Shown: piece by piece, positions 26,601 to 35,499 of the stretch | How positions within the stretch are numbered: position 1 is the first letter of the stretch | How the letters are laid out: each line of letters starts with the position of its first letter | Assembly (NCBI GenBank): GCA_949293555.1 | Contig: CASFDV010000002.1 | Coordinates: 106,210-170,209 of the forward strand | Direction of reading: 5' to 3' | Origin: an uncultured Bacillota bacterium | Lineage (GTDB): Bacteria > Bacillota_I > Bacilli_A > RFN20 > CAG-826 | DNA length: 64,000 nt | Position numbers and translations under genes: made by a program | The notes under the pieces: generated by a model | Database searches by the model: none | The model's input: only the letters and a program-made list of their open reading frames with translations | What the model was told of the DNA's origin: nothing

Positions 26601-28474
26601 ACGATCGCTGCGACGTGCTTGTTGTCGGCGGAGGCCATGCCGGGGTGGAGGCCGCCCGAGCCGCCTCCTTCCTGGGCCTTGACGTCATTCTTCTGAAGCT
26701 TCCAGGAAGCCTGCTTTCGAACATGCCTTGCAACCCTCACGTAGGGGGCAGCGCCAAGGGAATCCTGGTGAGGGAAATCGACGCTCTCGGGGGGCTCATG
26801 GGAAGGGCGGCGGACATCGCCCCGCTCCAGATCAAGATGCTGAACACCGGGAAGGGCCCTGGAGTCCAATGCCTAAGGGCTCAGGAAGATAAATACGATT
26901 ATCCCCGTCAAATCGAGTTCCTTCTTCGGAAAACAACAAACGTTCGCATCGAGGACGGGGAGGCTTCCTCCTTAATATACGAAGGGGGGAAAATCCAAGG
27001 CTGCCGCCTTCAGGGAGGCGGGGAAATCCGTTCCAAGGCGACCATCCTTACTAACGGTACCTATCTAGGCTCGGCAATCTTCCGGGGCAGCGAAAGGGAG
27101 GAAGAGGGGCCTGACGGAACTCCTGGTTCCTATGGCCTAGGCGGCTCCCTTCGGTCCCTTGGGCTCAGGCTCCGTAGGTTCAAGACAGGCACGCCTCCGC
27201 GAGTGAAGGCCTCGACGATTGATTTCTCCCAGGCGGAAATCCAGCCCGGCATGGAGGGGGAGCTTTCCTTTTCCTATGGTTCTTCCCAATACCGGCGACT
27301 CGAGGACCAGCTTCCTTGCCATCTTATCTATACGCGCCCCGAGACTCTTGCCATCGTGCGGGAGCACCTTTCCGAGAGCAGCCTCCATAACGGGCTTATG
27401 CACGGGATCGGGCCTCGCTACTGCCCGTCGATCGAGGCCAAGGTCGAGCGCTTCCCCGACAAAGAACGCCACCAGCTTTTCCTGGAGCCGGAGTTCCGGG
27501 ATGGCGAAAGCATCTACATCCAAGGCTTCTCCACCGGGCTTGGCCGGGACGTTCAGGAACTGCTCGTCCATTCCCTGCCCGGGCTAGAGAGCGCGGAGAT
27601 CCTGAAGTACGCATACCAGATCGAATACGACTGCCTGGATTCCTTGGAGTTCCTGCGCACCCTCGAGTGCAAGCGCATCCCGGGTCTATATGCCGCGGGG
27701 CAGCTCATCGGGACCTCAGGATATGAGGAAGCCGCCGGGCTTGGCCTTATCGCCGGGGCGAACGCCGCCCTCAAGATCCTGGGAAGGAAGCCTCTCCTTG
27801 TCTCGCGCGAGGACAGTTACCTTGGCGTGATGCTCGACGACATCCTCACGAAAGGGACGGAGGAGCCTTACCGGCTCCTTTCCTCGCGAGCGGAGCACCG
27901 CCTGTTGCTTCGCCACGATAACGCCGACCTCCGCTTGATGGAAAAAGGTCAGGAAGCCGGTCTTCTCTTTGAAAGGGACTATGAACTTTTCCTGGAAAGG
28001 AAGGGGAAGATGGAAAAGGCGATGAAGGCGCTCAGGGAAACAACCCTTTCTCCAGCGGATGATCTGAACGCCTATCTCCTTTCCGAGGGTTATTCGGACG
28101 TCGGGGACGGCCATCGGGCCTCGTCCCTCCTCGCCCGGCCTGGGATCGGGCTCGAAGAGATGCTCAGCTTCCTCCCGGACGTCCAGATCCTAGGAATGGA
28201 CAGGAACTCCCTTTCTACCGTCGAGACCGAAATCAAGTACCAAGGATACATGGAGAGGGAACGGAGGGATATCGAGAGGCAGAAAGCCCTCGAGGGCACC
28301 GCTCTTCCGCCGACTCTTCCCTATGGGGAGATGAAGGGGCTTTCCCTTGAGGCGCGCGAGCGCCTATCATCGGCGAAGCCGGAGACGCTTGGCCAGGCTT
28401 CCCGCATCTATGGGGTGAATCCCGCGGACATCACCGTGCTTCTTCTGGAACTTAAGAGAAGGGGGCTCCTATGA
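26597..28474 (+). CDS. mnmG: tRNA uridine-5-carboxymethylaminomethyl synthesis enzyme MnmG (GidA)
   Basis: FAD-binding [11 protein letters not shown], full-length 625 aa with conserved GidA C-terminal domain. Confidence 0.95.
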   Translation: MNDRCDVLVVGGGHAGVEAARAASFLGLDVILLKLPGSLLSNMPCNPHVGGSAKGILVREIDALGGLMGRAADIAPLQIKMLNTGKGPGVQCLRAQEDKYDYPRQIEFLLRKTTNVRIEDGEASSLIYEGGKIQGCRLQGGGEIRSKATILTNGTYLGSAIFRGSEREEEGPDGTPGSYGLGGSLRSLGLRLRRFKTGTPPRVKASTIDFSQAEIQPGMEGELSFSYGSSQYRRLEDQLPCHLIYTRPETLAIVREHLSESSLHNGLMHGIGPRYCPSIEAKVERFPDKERHQLFLEPEFRDGESIYIQGFSTGLGRDVQELLVHSLPGLESAEILKYAYQIEYDCLDSLEFLRTLECKRIPGLYAAGQLIGTSGYEEAAGLGLIAGANAALKILGRKPLLVSREDSYLGVMLDDILTKGTEEPYRLLSSRAEHRLLLRHDNADLRLMEKGQEAGLLFERDYELFLERKGKMEKAMKALRETTLSPADDLNAYLLSEGYSDVGDGHRASSLLARPGIGLEEMLSFLPDVQILGMDRNSLSTVETEIKYQGYMERERRDIERQKALEGTALPPTLPYGEMKGLSLEARERLSSAKPETLGQASRIYGVNPADITVLLLELKRRGLL

Positions 28475-29166
28475 CGTTGGACGAGCTGCGCGCCTATTTC
28501 CAAGGCGACCTTGCCTTGGGAGAAAGGGAAATAGCGCTATTCGACCGCTACCTTGACCTGCTCGAGGAATGGAACGGGCGGATGAACCTTACCGCCGTAA
28601 GGGACAGGGGGGAGATGGTGGAAAAGCATCTTCTAGACTCCCTCCTTGCCATGAGGGCTCTCAAAGGAGCGAGACCAGGGTCTGCGATCGACATCGGCAC
28701 GGGCCCGGGCTTTCCTGGAATGGTGCTGGCGATCCTTATGAAAGACGTCCGGTGGACGCTTCTCGACGCGACAAGGAAGAAATGCGAGTTCCTTTCGGCA
28801 GTGAAAGACGCGCTCGCACTAGCCAACGTCGAGGTGATGAACGCCCGGGCCGAGACGCTTCCTAAGGAAAGGTGGGATCTTGCGACCGCGCGTGCCTTCT
28901 CCTCTCTCCCCATGCTCCTCGAGCTTGGGGCGCCCCTGCTCGCTGTTGGGGGCCAGCTGCTGGCGATGAAAGGTCCCAAGGGAGAGGAGGAGCTAATAAC
29001 CTCTGGTAGGGCGATGAAGGAGCTGGGGATGGAGCATGTCTCGAAATACCGGGAAAGCCTCCCGGGCGGAGACGGGGAGCGTTTGAACATCCTTTTCCGG
29101 AAAACGGCGAGAACGCCTCGCAAATATCCTCGTGAATTCCGTCTAATCAAAGCAAAACCTCTATGA
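28471..29166 (+). CDS. rsmG: 16S rRNA (guanine527-N7)-methyltransferase RsmG (GidB)
   Basis: SAM-binding DIGTGPGFPG, 231 aa; coupled to mnmG (ATGA). Confidence 0.9.
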   Translation: MTLDELRAYFQGDLALGEREIALFDRYLDLLEEWNGRMNLTAVRDRGEMVEKHLLDSLLAMRALKGARPGSAIDIGTGPGFPGMVLAILMKDVRWTLLDATRKKCEFLSAVKDALALANVEVMNARAETLPKERWDLATARAFSSLPMLLELGAPLLAVGGQLLAMKGPKGEEELITSGRAMKELGMEHVSKYRESLPGGDGERLNILFRKTARTPRKYPREFRLIKAKPL

Positions 29167-29226
29167 ATTTTCCGGTTTTGAATCGCTGACCTATCCGGTT
29201 ATTCCGCTTGAGGATACAATTCAGCC

Positions 29227-29994
29227 ATGGGAAGGGTGATCGCCATCGCGAACCAGAAGGGCGGCGTGGGGAAGACCACGACCGCCATTAACCTTTCCAG
29301 CGCCCTTGCCCACTACGGAAGGCGCGTCCTCCTTGTGGACTTCGACCCCCAGGGCAACGCCGGGAGGGGGCTAGGATTCGACGTCACGAGCCTCGCGACC
29401 ACGATCTACGACGCGGTCATTGGCGAAAAGGACGTCGTCAGCGTCCTTCGCGAGACCGATGAGCCGAACCTTCACCTCATTCCGAGCAACCTTAGGCTCG
29501 CTACGCTCGATGCCCGCTTCATCCAGACCGGACGGTCGAATCCCTTCGGCGCGCTGAGGGCGACGCTCGCCCCGCTGAAGGCGGCCTACGACTACATCAT
29601 CATCGACTGCCCCCCTTCCCTGGGGCTGCTAAACATCAACGCCCTCGTGGCAAGCGACACTGTAATCATTCCTGTCCAATGCGAGTATTTCGCGATGGAG
29701 GCAGTTGCGGCGATACTTTCCTCGATCTCGCGCATCCAGGCGGACTATAACCCCGGGCTTCGAATCGAAGGATTCCTCCTGACCATGTACGACCAAAGGA
29801 CCGCGTCGGGGACGGAGGTGGCTCGCCAGGTGAGAGGGCTGTTCCGGGAAAGCACGTTCCAGACCGCGATCCCGAGGAACGTCGCCATTCCCGACAGCGC
29901 GCTCCACGGGGAGCCCGTGACGAGCTTCAAGCCGACGGCGCACGGGGCAGTCGCCTATTTCTCGCTCGCCCGCGAGGTCATGGGCAATGGCTAG
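29227..29994 (+). CDS. parA: Chromosome partitioning ATPase ParA/Soj
   Basis: Deviant Walker A NQKGGVGKTT, 255 aa. Confidence 0.93.
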   Translation: MGRVIAIANQKGGVGKTTTAINLSSALAHYGRRVLLVDFDPQGNAGRGLGFDVTSLATTIYDAVIGEKDVVSVLRETDEPNLHLIPSNLRLATLDARFIQTGRSNPFGALRATLAPLKAAYDYIIIDCPPSLGLLNINALVASDTVIIPVQCEYFAMEAVAAILSSISRIQADYNPGLRIEGFLLTMYDQRTASGTEVARQVRGLFRESTFQTAIPRNVAIPDSALHGEPVTSFKPTAHGAVAYFSLAREVMGNG

Positions 29995-30844
29995 GCGCAA
30001 GAAATCCGCCCCGTCCTCCGACCTTTCCGAGCTTGTCCGGAAGTTTGCCAGGAACGACGTCATCGCCGAGCTGGAGAAGGAATACCAGACCCTTTCCTCC
30101 AGGGAGATTCCCCTTTCCTCTATCAACGATTCCCCGTTCGTCCGGAAGGCCCCCCTTTCGCAGGAGCTGGTCCAGGACCTCGGGAAGTCCATCAGGGAGA
30201 AAGGAATCTTCTCCCCGCTCCTGGTGAGGCCCTGCGGCTCCCACTTCGAGCTGGTGCTGGGCAGGAAGCGCTATTTCGGGGCGAAGGAGGCAGGCCTCCT
30301 TTCCCTCCCTTGCCTCGTCTTCGACCTGAGCGACGAGGAGACGCTCCTCATGATCCTTGCGGACAGCCGCGACCAGAGGGATTCGAACGTCGTCGAGATG
30401 GCGCTCCTTTACGAGGAGCTGGAGACCCGCTTCCATTACGACAAGCAGACCCTCGCCGACCTTTCCCATTCCTCGAGGAGCCAGGTGACGAACGCCCTGC
30501 GTCTCCTCACCCTTCCCGACTACGTGATCCGGGAGGTGAGCACGGGGAAGCTGAGCTATGGCCATGCGCGGGCGCTCGTCCCTCTTTCGGAAGAGGAAAT
30601 ACGTGACGCGGTGCGCATCATCCATCGGGAGAAGCTTTCCGTCCGCGAGACAGAGAGGCTTGCCAAGACGTACGGGATCGCTCCTTCTGACGTCGATCTT
30701 GAGGTTAAGGTCGCTACCCTGGCTGGGGCGGAGAAGACGACGATCGGGAAGAAAGGCATCTACCTGCGCTTCCTTGGGAAGAGCGAGCTGGACAAATTCA
30801 TCGCCTCCCTGGAGCAATTCGCCCGTTTCAAAAAGGATATCTAG
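29987..30844 (+). CDS. parB: Chromosome partitioning protein ParB/Spo0J
   Basis: ParB N-terminal box (…VLGRKRYFGAKEAGL…), HTH, 285 aa; overlaps parA by 8 nt. Confidence 0.88.
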   Translation: MARRKKSAPSSDLSELVRKFARNDVIAELEKEYQTLSSREIPLSSINDSPFVRKAPLSQELVQDLGKSIREKGIFSPLLVRPCGSHFELVLGRKRYFGAKEAGLLSLPCLVFDLSDEETLLMILADSRDQRDSNVVEMALLYEELETRFHYDKQTLADLSHSSRSQVTNALRLLTLPDYVIREVSTGKLSYGHARALVPLSEEEIRDAVRIIHREKLSVRETERLAKTYGIAPSDVDLEVKVATLAGAEKTTIGKKGIYLRFLGKSELDKFIASLEQFARFKKDI

Positions 30845-30852
30845 GTCTATAC

Positions 30853-30980
30853 TCTCCTCGTGCTTCAGGGCGACGTGCGAATCGTCGACTGGCGGTGATA
30901 GTCCGCGAGCCTTCCTCGGAAGGCAGGAGACCGGTGGAATTCCGGCGCCAACGGTAGAGTCCGGATGGAAGGAGCGAGCC
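30853..30980 (+). ncRNA. FMN riboswitch (RFN element) aptamer
   Basis: Matches RFN conserved cores: CTTCAGGGCG…GTG, CGACTGGCGGTGATAGTCCGCGAGCC, GACCGGTGGAATTCCGGCGCCAACGGTAGAGTCCGGATGGAAGGAG (compare B. subtilis ribD leader …GGGGCAGGGTGAAATTCCCGACCGGCGGTAGTAAAGCAC…AGTCTGGATGGGAGAAGGA). Located directly upstream of a RibU-like gene. Confidence 0.8.
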
Positions 30981-30988
30981 TCATGGCG

Positions 30989-31019
30989 CCCCGGAGCCTT
31001 ATTGCTTGCGGGGGTTTTT
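30989..31019 (+). terminator. Putative riboswitch expression-platform terminator
   Basis: CCCCG…(15-nt loop)…CGGGG(G) followed by TTTTT, ending 1 nt before the ribU ATG; stem is short (5 bp), so moderate confidence. Confidence 0.45.
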
Positions 31020-31020
31020 C

Positions 31021-31731
31021 ATGGATTGGAAGTCGCTTGCGCTCATCGCCTTGGCCATCGTCCTGGTCGTCTTCTTGCTGAAGCTCTATTTCCTGGTGTT
31101 CCCGCGGCCGAACTTCTCCTACGCCCGGCTTACTTCGAGGGTTGCGATATTCTCCGCCCTCGCGGCGATCCTCTACGTGGTGCCGGTCTTCTCCTTCCCA
31201 TTGCCCTTCGCCCCGGCCTTCATGTCGATTCATTTCGATGAGATCCCGGTCTTCATCGCCTCCTTCGCCTATGGGCCGTGGACCGGGCTTGCCGTGCTGG
31301 CGGTGAAGACCATCATCAAGCTCCCGTTCACCTCCACCCTTTGCGTGGGCGAGTTCGCCGACTTCGTCTTCTCCTGCGCCTTCATCCTTCCGGCCGCCTT
31401 CATCTACCAGAAGAAAAGGAACCTCAAGGGCGTCGCCATCGGCTTCGCGGCAGGGACTCTCGCCCAGCTCGTCGTCGCGATGGTCATGAACGTCTATGTG
31501 ATGCTCCCCTTCTACATGTTCGTCATGGGCCTTTCCTACGAGACGATCCTCGGGATGTGCCAGGCCGCCAATCCGGCGATCACGAGCCTTGACTGGCCTT
31601 ACGCCTTCATCGCCGTGCTTCCCTTCAACCTCGTGAAGGACGTCGCGGTGATCGCGGTGACGTTCCTCATCTACCGTTCGATCGGCAAGCTTCTCCATTA
31701 CGAGGGGGACAAGAAGAGAAGGGCGTCCTGA
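31021..31731 (+). CDS. ribU: ECF transporter S component, riboflavin transporter RibU-like
   Basis: 6-TM protein with …HFDEIPVFIASFAYGPWTGLAVLAVKTIIK… resembling the RibU/YpaA core; ATG 31021 (track gives TTG 31006); FMN riboswitch upstream. Confidence 0.75.
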   Translation: MDWKSLALIALAIVLVVFLLKLYFLVFPRPNFSYARLTSRVAIFSALAAILYVVPVFSFPLPFAPAFMSIHFDEIPVFIASFAYGPWTGLAVLAVKTIIKLPFTSTLCVGEFADFVFSCAFILPAAFIYQKKRNLKGVAIGFAAGTLAQLVVAMVMNVYVMLPFYMFVMGLSYETILGMCQAANPAITSLDWPYAFIAVLPFNLVKDVAVIAVTFLIYRSIGKLLHYEGDKKRRAS

Positions 31732-31736
31732 GGACG

Positions 31737-31766
31737 AAAAAAGGAGCGGCAGGACCGCTCCTTTTG
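31737..31766. terminator. Bidirectional intrinsic terminator between ribU (+) and ferredoxin (-)
   Basis: AAAA-AAGGAGCGG-CAGGAC-CGCTCCTT-TTG: perfect stem flanked by an A-tract and a T-tract. Confidence 0.65.
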
Positions 31767-31779
31767 CTATCGAGGAATA

Positions 31780-31965
31780 CTACTCGATCTCGATCGCGGC
31801 GACGGGGCAGCTGGCGGCGACGTCTTCGATCGCGGCCTCGTCGGTGACCTCGCCGACGACCTCGCTCTTCCCGTCGTCGGTGAAGGCGAACACATCGGGA
31901 GCGCTGCTCACGCAGACCCCGCACCCGATGCAGGCGTCGAGGTTGACTTTGACTTTCTTGGCCAT
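31780..31965 (-). CDS. 4Fe-4S single-cluster ferredoxin
   Basis: 61 aa, CIGCGVC…C cluster motif (MAKKVKVNLDACIGCGVCVSSAPDVF…ASCPVAAIEIE). Confidence 0.8.
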   Translation of the reverse strand: MAKKVKVNLDACIGCGVCVSSAPDVFAFTDDGKSEVVGEVTDEAAIEDVAASCPVAAIEIE

Positions 31966-32031
31966 TCTTGGTTCCTCCGGTCTTCTCGGATTATAGACTG
32001 CCCCCTACCAATGGCAAGATAGGCCTGCCGA

Positions 32032-32385
32032 ATGCTCCTTCCGGGGATGAAGCGGGACTTCGTTCGGGATAAAATCAGGCCTATGAGGACGAGGACGGAG
32101 AAGTGGAGGCGCTACCGCGAGAAGATCGAGGCCCTCGACGAGTCCCGGTTTCCGAGGACGGAGCCTTCCCCGCTTCCCTTGAGCGAGGAGGACCGGAAGG
32201 CCGCGATCGAGGCCTCGCAAGCAGCCTCCCTCGCCCTTCCCGGAGGGAAGAAAGGGAGGAGGGGGGCCACGCCCTACGGTCGCTACCTCCGGAGGGAACG
32301 CGCGATTCTTATCCTTGAGGCCTTGGCCCTGGCCTTGGCCATCGTCGGCCTCATCCTCATGTATTTCCTCTGGGTGCAGGCCTGA
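32032..32385 (+). CDS. Hypothetical small protein with C-terminal TM helix
   Basis: Basic N-terminal half, C-terminal hydrophobic helix (ILILEALALALAIVGLILMYFLWV); no clear SD; alternative ATG at 32083. Confidence 0.35.
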   Translation: MLLPGMKRDFVRDKIRPMRTRTEKWRRYREKIEALDESRFPRTEPSPLPLSEEDRKAAIEASQAASLALPGGKKGRRGATPYGRYLRRERAILILEALALALAIVGLILMYFLWVQA

Positions 32386-32398
32386 AAGGAGCTAGGTT

Positions 32399-33082
32399 AT
32401 GGACGAAAAGCATATCGCCGTCGCGATCGACGGTCCTGCCGCCGCGGGCAAGAGCACTGTGGCCCGTCGCGTCGCCGAGCGCCTTTCTTTTACTTATATC
32501 GACACTGGGGCGATGTATCGTGCCGTGACCCTCGCCTGCATCCGCGCTGGCCTTGATCCCAAGGACGAGGGCCAGGCCGTCTCCCTTCTTCCCTCCATCC
32601 AGATCGAGTTCGACGAGATGGGGAAGACTTTGCTGAACGGGGAGGACGTGAGCGAGGAGATCCGCCGTCCCCTCGTCAGCGGGAACGTGTCCTACATCGC
32701 GGCGATGAAGCCCATCCGCCTTGCGCTTGTGGAGATGCAAAGGAAGATGGCGGAATCCCGTTCCGTCGTCATGGATGGAAGGGACATCGGGACATATGTC
32801 CTTCCTGGCGCCGAGGTGAAGGTTTTTCAGATCGCCAGCGTCGAGACCAGAGCGGTCCGCCGCTACGAGGAAAACCTCCAGAAGGGAATCAACACGAGCC
32901 TCGAGGAAGTCGCCGCCGACGTCAGGAAAAGGGACTACATCGACTCCCACCGTGAGTTCGCCCCCCTTAAGCCTGCCCCGGATTCCGTCCTTCTCGACAC
33001 TTCCTTCCTTTCTATCGAGGATTCCGTCGAGGCGGTCCTTCGGATTGTCTACGAGAAGACGGGGGTCGCGCCCTCATGCTAG
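32399..33082 (+). CDS. cmk: Cytidylate kinase
   Basis: P-loop AIDGPAAAGKSTVARR, 227 aa. Confidence 0.93.
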   Translation: MDEKHIAVAIDGPAAAGKSTVARRVAERLSFTYIDTGAMYRAVTLACIRAGLDPKDEGQAVSLLPSIQIEFDEMGKTLLNGEDVSEEIRRPLVSGNVSYIAAMKPIRLALVEMQRKMAESRSVVMDGRDIGTYVLPGAEVKVFQIASVETRAVRRYEENLQKGINTSLEEVAADVRKRDYIDSHREFAPLKPAPDSVLLDTSFLSIEDSVEAVLRIVYEKTGVAPSC

Positions 33083-34377
33083 GCACCCTTGCCATCGTGG
33101 GGGCTCCAAGCTCCGGGAAGAGCACCATCTTCAATCGTTTCATCGGGGAGAGGCGCTCCATCGTGGAGGAAACCCCCGGCGTCACCAGGGATCGCCTCTA
33201 CGCGCATGCGGAATGGCTGACGAAGCATTTCACCATCATCGACACGGGCGGGATCCAGATCGCCAACGCGCCTTTCCAGGTGGAAATCCGCGCCCAGGTC
33301 GAGATTGCGATCGATGAGGCGGACGTCCTTCTCTTCGTAGTCGACGGGAAGCGTGGGGTGACGGACGACGACCGCTTCGTCGCACGGATGCTCCAGAAGG
33401 CCAAGAAGCCTGTCATTCTCGCGGTGAACAAGGTCGATAACGTCGAGGAGCTCGCCTATGCGGCGGACTTCTATTCCTTGGGACTCGGAGACCCTATCGC
33501 CGTTTCGGGCGCCCATGGGATCGGCATCGGCGATCTTCTGGACAAGATTGTGCTGCTTCTCCCGGAACGGGCAGAGCCTGACTACGGAGATGGGATCGCC
33601 TTCGCCCTCATCGGGAGGCCGAACGTAGGGAAGAGCTCCTTGTCCAACAGGCTCCTCGGAAACGAGAGGACGATCGTTTCCAACCTCGCCGGAACCACCA
33701 GGGATTCCGTCGACACGCCCTTCGTCCATGAAGGGGAGCGGTATGTCTCTATCGACACCGCGGGACTAGTGAAGCGAGGGAAGATCTACGAGTCCATCGA
33801 CAAGTACGCTGCCCTCAGGGCCCTTTCCGCAATCCAACGCGCGGAGGTGGTCCTCTTCCTCATCGACGGGGCCGACGGGCTTAGGGAACAGGACAAGCAT
33901 GTCGTTGGCTATGCGGTAGAGGAAAAGAAGCCCGTCATCATCCTTGTGAACAAGTGGGATGAGGCGAAGAACTCAAAGACGAAGGACGAATTCTCGAAGG
34001 AGCTCCGGAGCAATTTCAAGTTCCTTGAATACGCGCCCATCCTCTACATCTCCGCCCTGACCGGGGAAGGGGTCGGTCAGATCCTTCCAATGGTGAATCG
34101 ATGCCATGAGGCATATCACCGCAGAATCCCCACGAATGTTCTGAATTCCATTGTTCTTGACGCGCAGGAGATGAATCCGACGCCCGATTTCAATCACGGT
34201 CGCCTCCGTATTGCGTATGCCTCCCAGGCGAGGACCGCGCCTCCGACCTTCGTCCTTTTCGTGAACGATCCGAAGCACGCCCATTTCTCCTATACTCGTT
34301 ACTTGGAAAACAGAATTCGCGAGAGTTTTGACTTCTCCGGAACCCCGATTGAGATCGTTTACCGAAAGAAAAAGTAA
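33076..34377 (+). CDS. der: Ribosome biogenesis GTPase Der (EngA), tandem GTPase domains + KH-like C-terminus
   Basis: Two G domains (GAPSSGKST…; GRPNVGKSS…), 433 aa; cmk-der arrangement. Confidence 0.93.
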   Translation: MLGTLAIVGAPSSGKSTIFNRFIGERRSIVEETPGVTRDRLYAHAEWLTKHFTIIDTGGIQIANAPFQVEIRAQVEIAIDEADVLLFVVDGKRGVTDDDRFVARMLQKAKKPVILAVNKVDNVEELAYAADFYSLGLGDPIAVSGAHGIGIGDLLDKIVLLLPERAEPDYGDGIAFALIGRPNVGKSSLSNRLLGNERTIVSNLAGTTRDSVDTPFVHEGERYVSIDTAGLVKRGKIYESIDKYAALRALSAIQRAEVVLFLIDGADGLREQDKHVVGYAVEEKKPVIILVNKWDEAKNSKTKDEFSKELRSNFKFLEYAPILYISALTGEGVGQILPMVNRCHEAYHRRIPTNVLNSIVLDAQEMNPTPDFNHGRLRIAYASQARTAPPTFVLFVNDPKHAHFSYTRYLENRIRESFDFSGTPIEIVYRKKK

Positions 34378-34539
34378 TTCTTTGGCTCCAGAGGCTTAAG
34401 CAAAAAGGGGGCAGGAAGTTCATTTGATTAAGTGCCCATCGGTATTTTTTATGTTGAAAGCGCTTGCACCTTTTGTTTGCAAATGATAACGTCAACTCGT
34501 CAGGTTGCAGTGCCTGTCAGACAAGGAGGGGTAAACCCA

Positions 34540-34812
34540 ATGAACAAAGCTGAGCTCATCACCAAGGTCGTCGACATCACCGGCCTCACCAAGAGGGACG
34601 CGGAGGCTGCCGTCGACGCCGTCATCACCTCGATCGAGGGCGCCCTCATCGACGGGGACATCGTCAAGATCGCCGGCTTCGGCCAGTTTGAGAAGAAGAC
34701 CCGCGCCCCCAGGACCGGCACCAATCCTGCCACCCAGGAGAAGATCGAGATCCCGGCCGCGAACGTCATCGCCTTCAAGCCGAGCAAGACCCTCAAGGCC
34801 AAGATCAACTAA
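34540..34812 (+). CDS. hup: DNA-binding protein HU
   Basis: 90 aa; MNKAELITKV…GFGQFEKKTRAPRTGTNPATQEKIEIPAANVIAFKPSKTLK. Start refined to ATG 34540 after AAGGAGGGG; the track ORF carries an upstream extension. Confidence 0.93.
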   Translation: MNKAELITKVVDITGLTKRDAEAAVDAVITSIEGALIDGDIVKIAGFGQFEKKTRAPRTGTNPATQEKIEIPAANVIAFKPSKTLKAKIN

Positions 34813-34832
34813 GCCAGCCTTCTGGCGAGCAA

Positions 34833-34859
34833 AGCCCCTGCTAGGCGGGGGCTTTCTTT
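34833..34859 (+). terminator. Rho-independent terminator after hup
   Basis: AGCCCC-(loop)-GGGGCT stem followed by TTCTTT. Confidence 0.55.
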
Positions 34860-34870
34860 ATAATCAGGAC

Positions 34871-35497
34871 ATGGACAGGACGGCTCGCATCCTTGCTTTC
34901 CTTGAGGAAAAGCTTGGCCCCCATGGCTTTCATGCATGGGCGGTGGGCGGGACAGTCCGCGATGCGCTTCTCGGACTGCCCGTCGATGATTTCGACTTCG
35001 TCACCGATGCGAGCCAAACCGATTTGCCATCCATTTTCCCGGAAGCGAACATGGCCTTCCTTCGATATGGGTCCATCAAGCTCAAGGTGGGCATCGGGGA
35101 AGTTGCGAAGGTTGACCTGACCCTTTTGAGGAAGGAGTCCGGATATACGGACCATAGGCACCCTGCGCTCGTAAGCTTCACCAAGTCCTTGGCTGTCGAT
35201 TCTAGGAGAAGGGACTTCACCATAAACGCCATCTACCTTTCTAAAGATTCGACCGTGTCTGACTTTCACGATGGTATTCGCGATTTGTCAAAACGAGTCC
35301 TTCGCTTCATTGGCGACCCTTGGGCCCGTGTTCAGGAAGATCCCCTGAGAATTTGCAGAGGCGAGCGCCTTGCCTCTCGGCTTGGTCTTTCTCTAGAGGA
35401 AAGGACCGCCGAGGCGTTCCGAAGAGGAAGAGGGTTGTTGGACCTCATCACTCCTGCCAAACTCGATGAGGAAAGAAAGAAAGGCTGGGTTGGTTAG
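34871..35497 (+). CDS. Short polyA-polymerase-head-domain nucleotidyltransferase (CCA-adding-enzyme-like N-terminal module only, 208 aa)
   Basis: …GFHAWAVGGTVRDALLGLPVDDFDFVTDA… is the canonical PolyA_pol head motif (GG…RD…DxD); ATG 34871 (track ORF is an upstream extension through the hup terminator). No body/tail domains follow; next ORF is unrelated. Confidence 0.6.
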   Translation: MDRTARILAFLEEKLGPHGFHAWAVGGTVRDALLGLPVDDFDFVTDASQTDLPSIFPEANMAFLRYGSIKLKVGIGEVAKVDLTLLRKESGYTDHRHPALVSFTKSLAVDSRRRDFTINAIYLSKDSTVSDFHDGIRDLSKRVLRFIGDPWARVQEDPLRICRGERLASRLGLSLEERTAEAFRRGRGLLDLITPAKLDEERKKGWVG

Positions 35498-35499
35498 TC

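Noticed and set aside
29227-30844. Looked for parS (TGTTNCACGTGAAACA-like) and DnaA boxes (TTATCCACA) near parAB to call an origin
   Set aside because: No convincing match by eye. The nearest, CATGTTCCACGTTGTTTTCC at about 12821-12840, matches only one half-site. No oriC call made.
30983-31020. GGAAGGAG followed by ATG at 30983 looked like an SD/start pair for a tiny ORF
   Set aside because: The GGAAGGAG is the conserved 3' P1 strand of the FMN aptamer (GGATGGAAGGAG). The ORF is about 35 codons of low-complexity sequence in a different frame from ribU.
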